The notes under the pieces were generated by a model. That model did not search any database. It had not been told where the DNA came from and saw only the letters and a program-made list of their open reading frames with translations. A stretch of DNA of 64,000 bases from Nemertoderma westbladi (Eukaryota; Animalia; Xenacoelomorpha). The translations under genes were made by a program, and so were the position numbers. Positions 61,054 to 64,000 of the stretch are shown one piece after another (positions within the stretch are counted from its first letter, which is position 1; each line of letters starts with the position of its first letter). The DNA is taken from contig JAUCBJ010000816.1 in assembly GCA_032718475.1 (NCBI GenBank), positions 1 through 64,000 on the forward strand. Reading direction: 5' to 3'.

Positions 61054-62475
61054 TCATTCTGCTTCTGCCACTGCAGCTGCCAAAGCCGCCTTTCTTTCTG
61101 CTTCTGCCACTGCAGCTGCCAAGGCCGCTTTTCTTTCTACCTCTGCCACTGCCGCCTTTCTTTCTGCTTCTGCCACTGCTGCTGCCGCTGCTTTTCTTTC
61201 TGCTTCTGCCACTGCAGCTGCCAAGGCTGCTTTTCTTTCTGCCTCTGCCACTGCCGCTTTTCTTTCTGCTTCTGCCACTGCTGCTGCCGCTGCTGCTATC
61301 TTTCTGTCTTCTATACGTTTTTTCTTTACTTGTTCTTCTTGAACCTTAGTGATGTGGATGCTTTCATCAAATTTAGCTTGGTTCGCAGCTCTCATATCCA
61401 CATCGATGGCGTCCAACACACGCTGGGCTCCTTCACTATTAGGGCTAAGTCCGTCCAACCTTCTCCTCAACTCTTCATCACCTACGAAACGCTGATAGTC
61501 TGACAGATAGATGTCAATGGCATCCCTCTTATGCGGTTTCTCTGCCGTCGCTTCACTTTCCACTTGGGAAAAAGTAGCGTCTGTTGATTCTCCATGGGTT
61601 GAGCGCTCCTCCAGCTGAGCTTTCCACTGAGCTGTTCCTTGAACCTGGCGACTCACCCGTTGAAACCAAGTCTTTACGGCAACTTGCAACGACGTGTCTT
61701 GTCTTCTTTTAGAAGCCTCCTCAAAGGCCGATAAGATTAGCCTAATTCGCAGAATTCTTTCTCTAACTTGATAAAGCAGTTGTCCCTGCTCTTGAGGTCC
61801 TTGAGGTTGTTGAAACAGTTGTTTTTCTACTCGCTCCATAGAGCTGAAGAATCCTTGTGCGTATCCGGCTGCGGACCTCTTCCATACAGCTGGATCGATG
61901 GTTTCCTTGGCTACTCCCATCCGGTGTATGTCTTCCCAGGCAGCTTCTGATAAATCAAACGGGAGTCCGGGTCCGGGGAAGTTCCATTGCGACTCGACCA
62001 TAGACTTCAGTTCTTCCCTTGTGTATCCCTCATAACTATCTTTAGTTGATTGCTTACTTCTCGCCCAATCGATCTGGTGTTCTTCCACCGCGATCAATAA
62101 CCTAGTGAGTACGGCTGCAGGAAGGATGAGAAGGGGATCCGAATAAACCGCATCCGTCATCTTTGCTCCGCGCTCGGGTGTCAGTTCTACAGTATCTTCA
62201 CTACTGGAGCTGTCGGGCCGCTGAGAAATAAGTTCTTGGCTCGCGGGTTGTTGCTGTTCCGCTGCTTCTTGGTCCCGCTTGACCTGAGCTCGAGTGCCTA
62301 TGATAGACCTACGATGTTGGACCAGCCTAGGTTCTGTTATTACTACTGGAGGGATGACCTTCCTCACAGTGGGAGGTGAACTGAACTTAGGACTAGACGG
62401 TTCTACACCTCTATCTGAGTCGCAGATAGTTACATCTAATAAACTGTCTGACAGGTTCTGCTTAGTATCAGACAT
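61054..62475 (-). CDS. N-terminal part of the same gag, ending in Ala-rich repeats and a premature stop
   Basis: Same frame as the downstream ORF (62475-61023=1452). TGA replaces the AGA (Arg) of the AEAERKA repeat. Confidence 0.85.
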   Translation of the reverse strand: MSDTKQNLSDSLLDVTICDSDRGVEPSSPKFSSPPTVRKVIPPVVITEPRLVQHRRSIIGTRAQVKRDQEAAEQQQPASQELISQRPDSSSSEDTVELTPERGAKMTDAVYSDPLLILPAAVLTRLLIAVEEHQIDWARSKQSTKDSYEGYTREELKSMVESQWNFPGPGLPFDLSEAAWEDIHRMGVAKETIDPAVWKRSAAGYAQGFFSSMERVEKQLFQQPQGPQEQGQLLYQVRERILRIRLILSAFEEASKRRQDTSLQVAVKTWFQRVSRQVQGTAQWKAQLEERSTHGESTDATFSQVESEATAEKPHKRDAIDIYLSDYQRFVGDEELRRRLDGLSPNSEGAQRVLDAIDVDMRAANQAKFDESIHITKVQEEQVKKKRIEDRKIAAAAAAVAEAERKAAVAEAERKAALAAAVAEAERKAAAAAVAEAERKAAVAEVERKAALAAAVAEAERKAALAAAVAEAE

Positions 62476-62559
62476 GTTTGTTTACACAGTTGAATGTCTA
62501 CTGCTATTACAGTCTAAGTAAGTCTAGTAATTCAGTATTAACTGCTAGCCTAGTAATTA

Positions 62560-62880
62560 ATTACCGATACTGCTACTCAGTGTAGCGTGATATATAATAT
62601 ATTAGTATACCGGTATGCTTATAGTATATATAAGTATTATTACAGACTAGTTTATCACAGAATACCGGTAGGTAATTTTAGCACAAATATATATAAATAT
62701 ATAATAGGCCTATCGTGGATACCGGTATGCAGTTTACACTTATAGTATATATAATACAAGTATAATTATTAACTAGAATTAATTACAGAATACCGGTATG
62801 ATTTCAGCTTAAGTTTATAAAAATAAATATAATAAGCCTATTGGAAATACCGGTATGTCAATTATTTTAGAATAATTGAA
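62560..62880. repeat. Degenerate TACCGGTA-containing repeats in the retroelement 5' UTR
   Basis: ATACCGGTA recurs at ~62607, 62662, 62719, 62790 and 62847 with similar flanks. Confidence 0.55.
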
Positions 62881-64000
62881 TTTCTGAATTTTAAGGGTTA
62901 CTTGGTTACTTTAACTTACTTTATTACCGTTATTTAAGCAGTAGTCCAACTGATATTGAGACCTAATTGTGGTATGGCAGGCCTACTATTTATAAATCGT
63001 TTGAGTTGATTTATAATATATATATACCCGTTTAATGGGTTTTGTCAATGTTTGAAATAAATGTTATTATTTCTGGGGGAGTCACTACACAAAGTTGTGT
63101 GCTCTCAGTGGAGTGCTACTTGTTAGACACTAAAACAAATAATTCTAATTTACCTAAGTTACTTAATACTACAAATTACGTACAATTCGGGTTGAGATTA
63201 CAATCTCTAAATAAACACAAAAATTTAATTACAAATACACAAATACAAATTTTTAGGGTAATTTTACAAGAAGTCTACTAACCAGCCTAACAAAGGGTTA
63301 GAATATCTGGTTATTACAACGGACAGGTTACTACGGTATTTGAAAATAATAAGTAGTAGTAAATATACTGCGTTGTCCAGATAGGAAAATACCACCGCCT
63401 GACGACCTATAACCGTATCGCTATAGGTACTACGTTATGTATCACGGAGTGTCCCTACCTAGAAGTTAATTACCGCGGTCTACCAGAACCAACGTGCCTA
63501 TTAACCACTTTACAACACAAATACACTACCTACACACTAATTGCTTTCGGAAAGCACTGTACACTAAACCCTAAATTAGGTACAAGTACTTGTACAACAA
63601 TAATTAGTAGTTAAAAATACTTGAACAGCTAAAAGAACCACGGCATCTGCTGGAGTGACCGGTGCACAAAATCACCAGTCTTTACCTACGCCGAGCAGCC
63701 CGTATAGTACCGGGGTTAGTTTAACTATAACGGTATGTATAACAAACACAATTACTGTAGGAATAAACTTGGGGAATATGAATGTTGCGAATAATCGCAT
63801 AAACTCTGAATAATAAATATTACGCTACGCGTACAAACCATTCAAACAAAGTGCAGACCAAATACTGACAGACTACTATCAAGCCTAAACAAACTACGGT
63901 ATATGTAGACTCCGAAATGGTTAAGTAGTATGCGTTCTAACCCAGTAGTACGACTTATTCTTTAGATGGGGGTTTACCTTACAGCAATGGCTGCCCCTAC

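Larger units (their letters stand above)
47522..64000 (-). mobile_element. BEL/Pao LTR retrotransposon, 5' end beyond the window, probably including an extra ORF
   Basis: gag-PR-RT-RH-IN order with BEL/Pao motifs. The left boundary depends on the candidate LTR. Confidence 0.75.

Noticed and set aside
49812-62521. Short plus-strand ORFs, including the Cys-rich 61030-61503
   Set aside because: Antisense shadows of the long minus-strand ORFs. The Cys-rich one is the complement of the Ala repeat.

Overview
Eukaryotic (probably invertebrate animal) genomic DNA, AT-rich and repeat-rich. The left 24.5 kb holds the first five coding exons of a minus-strand CFAP70/TTC18 ciliary gene, assembled here by hand with phase-consistent GT-AG junctions. 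Two of its introns are each filled by an 11-12 kb satellite (56-bp and ~37-bp units). The main observation is that each satellite unit is a copy of the 3' end of the adjacent exon plus its own 5' splice site, so each exon is followed by hundreds of tandem splice donors. The middle of the window contains an unrecognised two-exon gene, a repeat-coding ORF, MITEs, SINEs, LINE fragments and a terminal F-type lectin exon. The right 16.5 kb is a damaged BEL/Pao LTR retrotransposon that appears to carry an extra intronless 1417-aa ORF with a DEDDy-type exonuclease-like domain and zinc knuckles, followed by a candidate PPT and 3' LTR. All homology calls are from memory of protein families; no searches were run.
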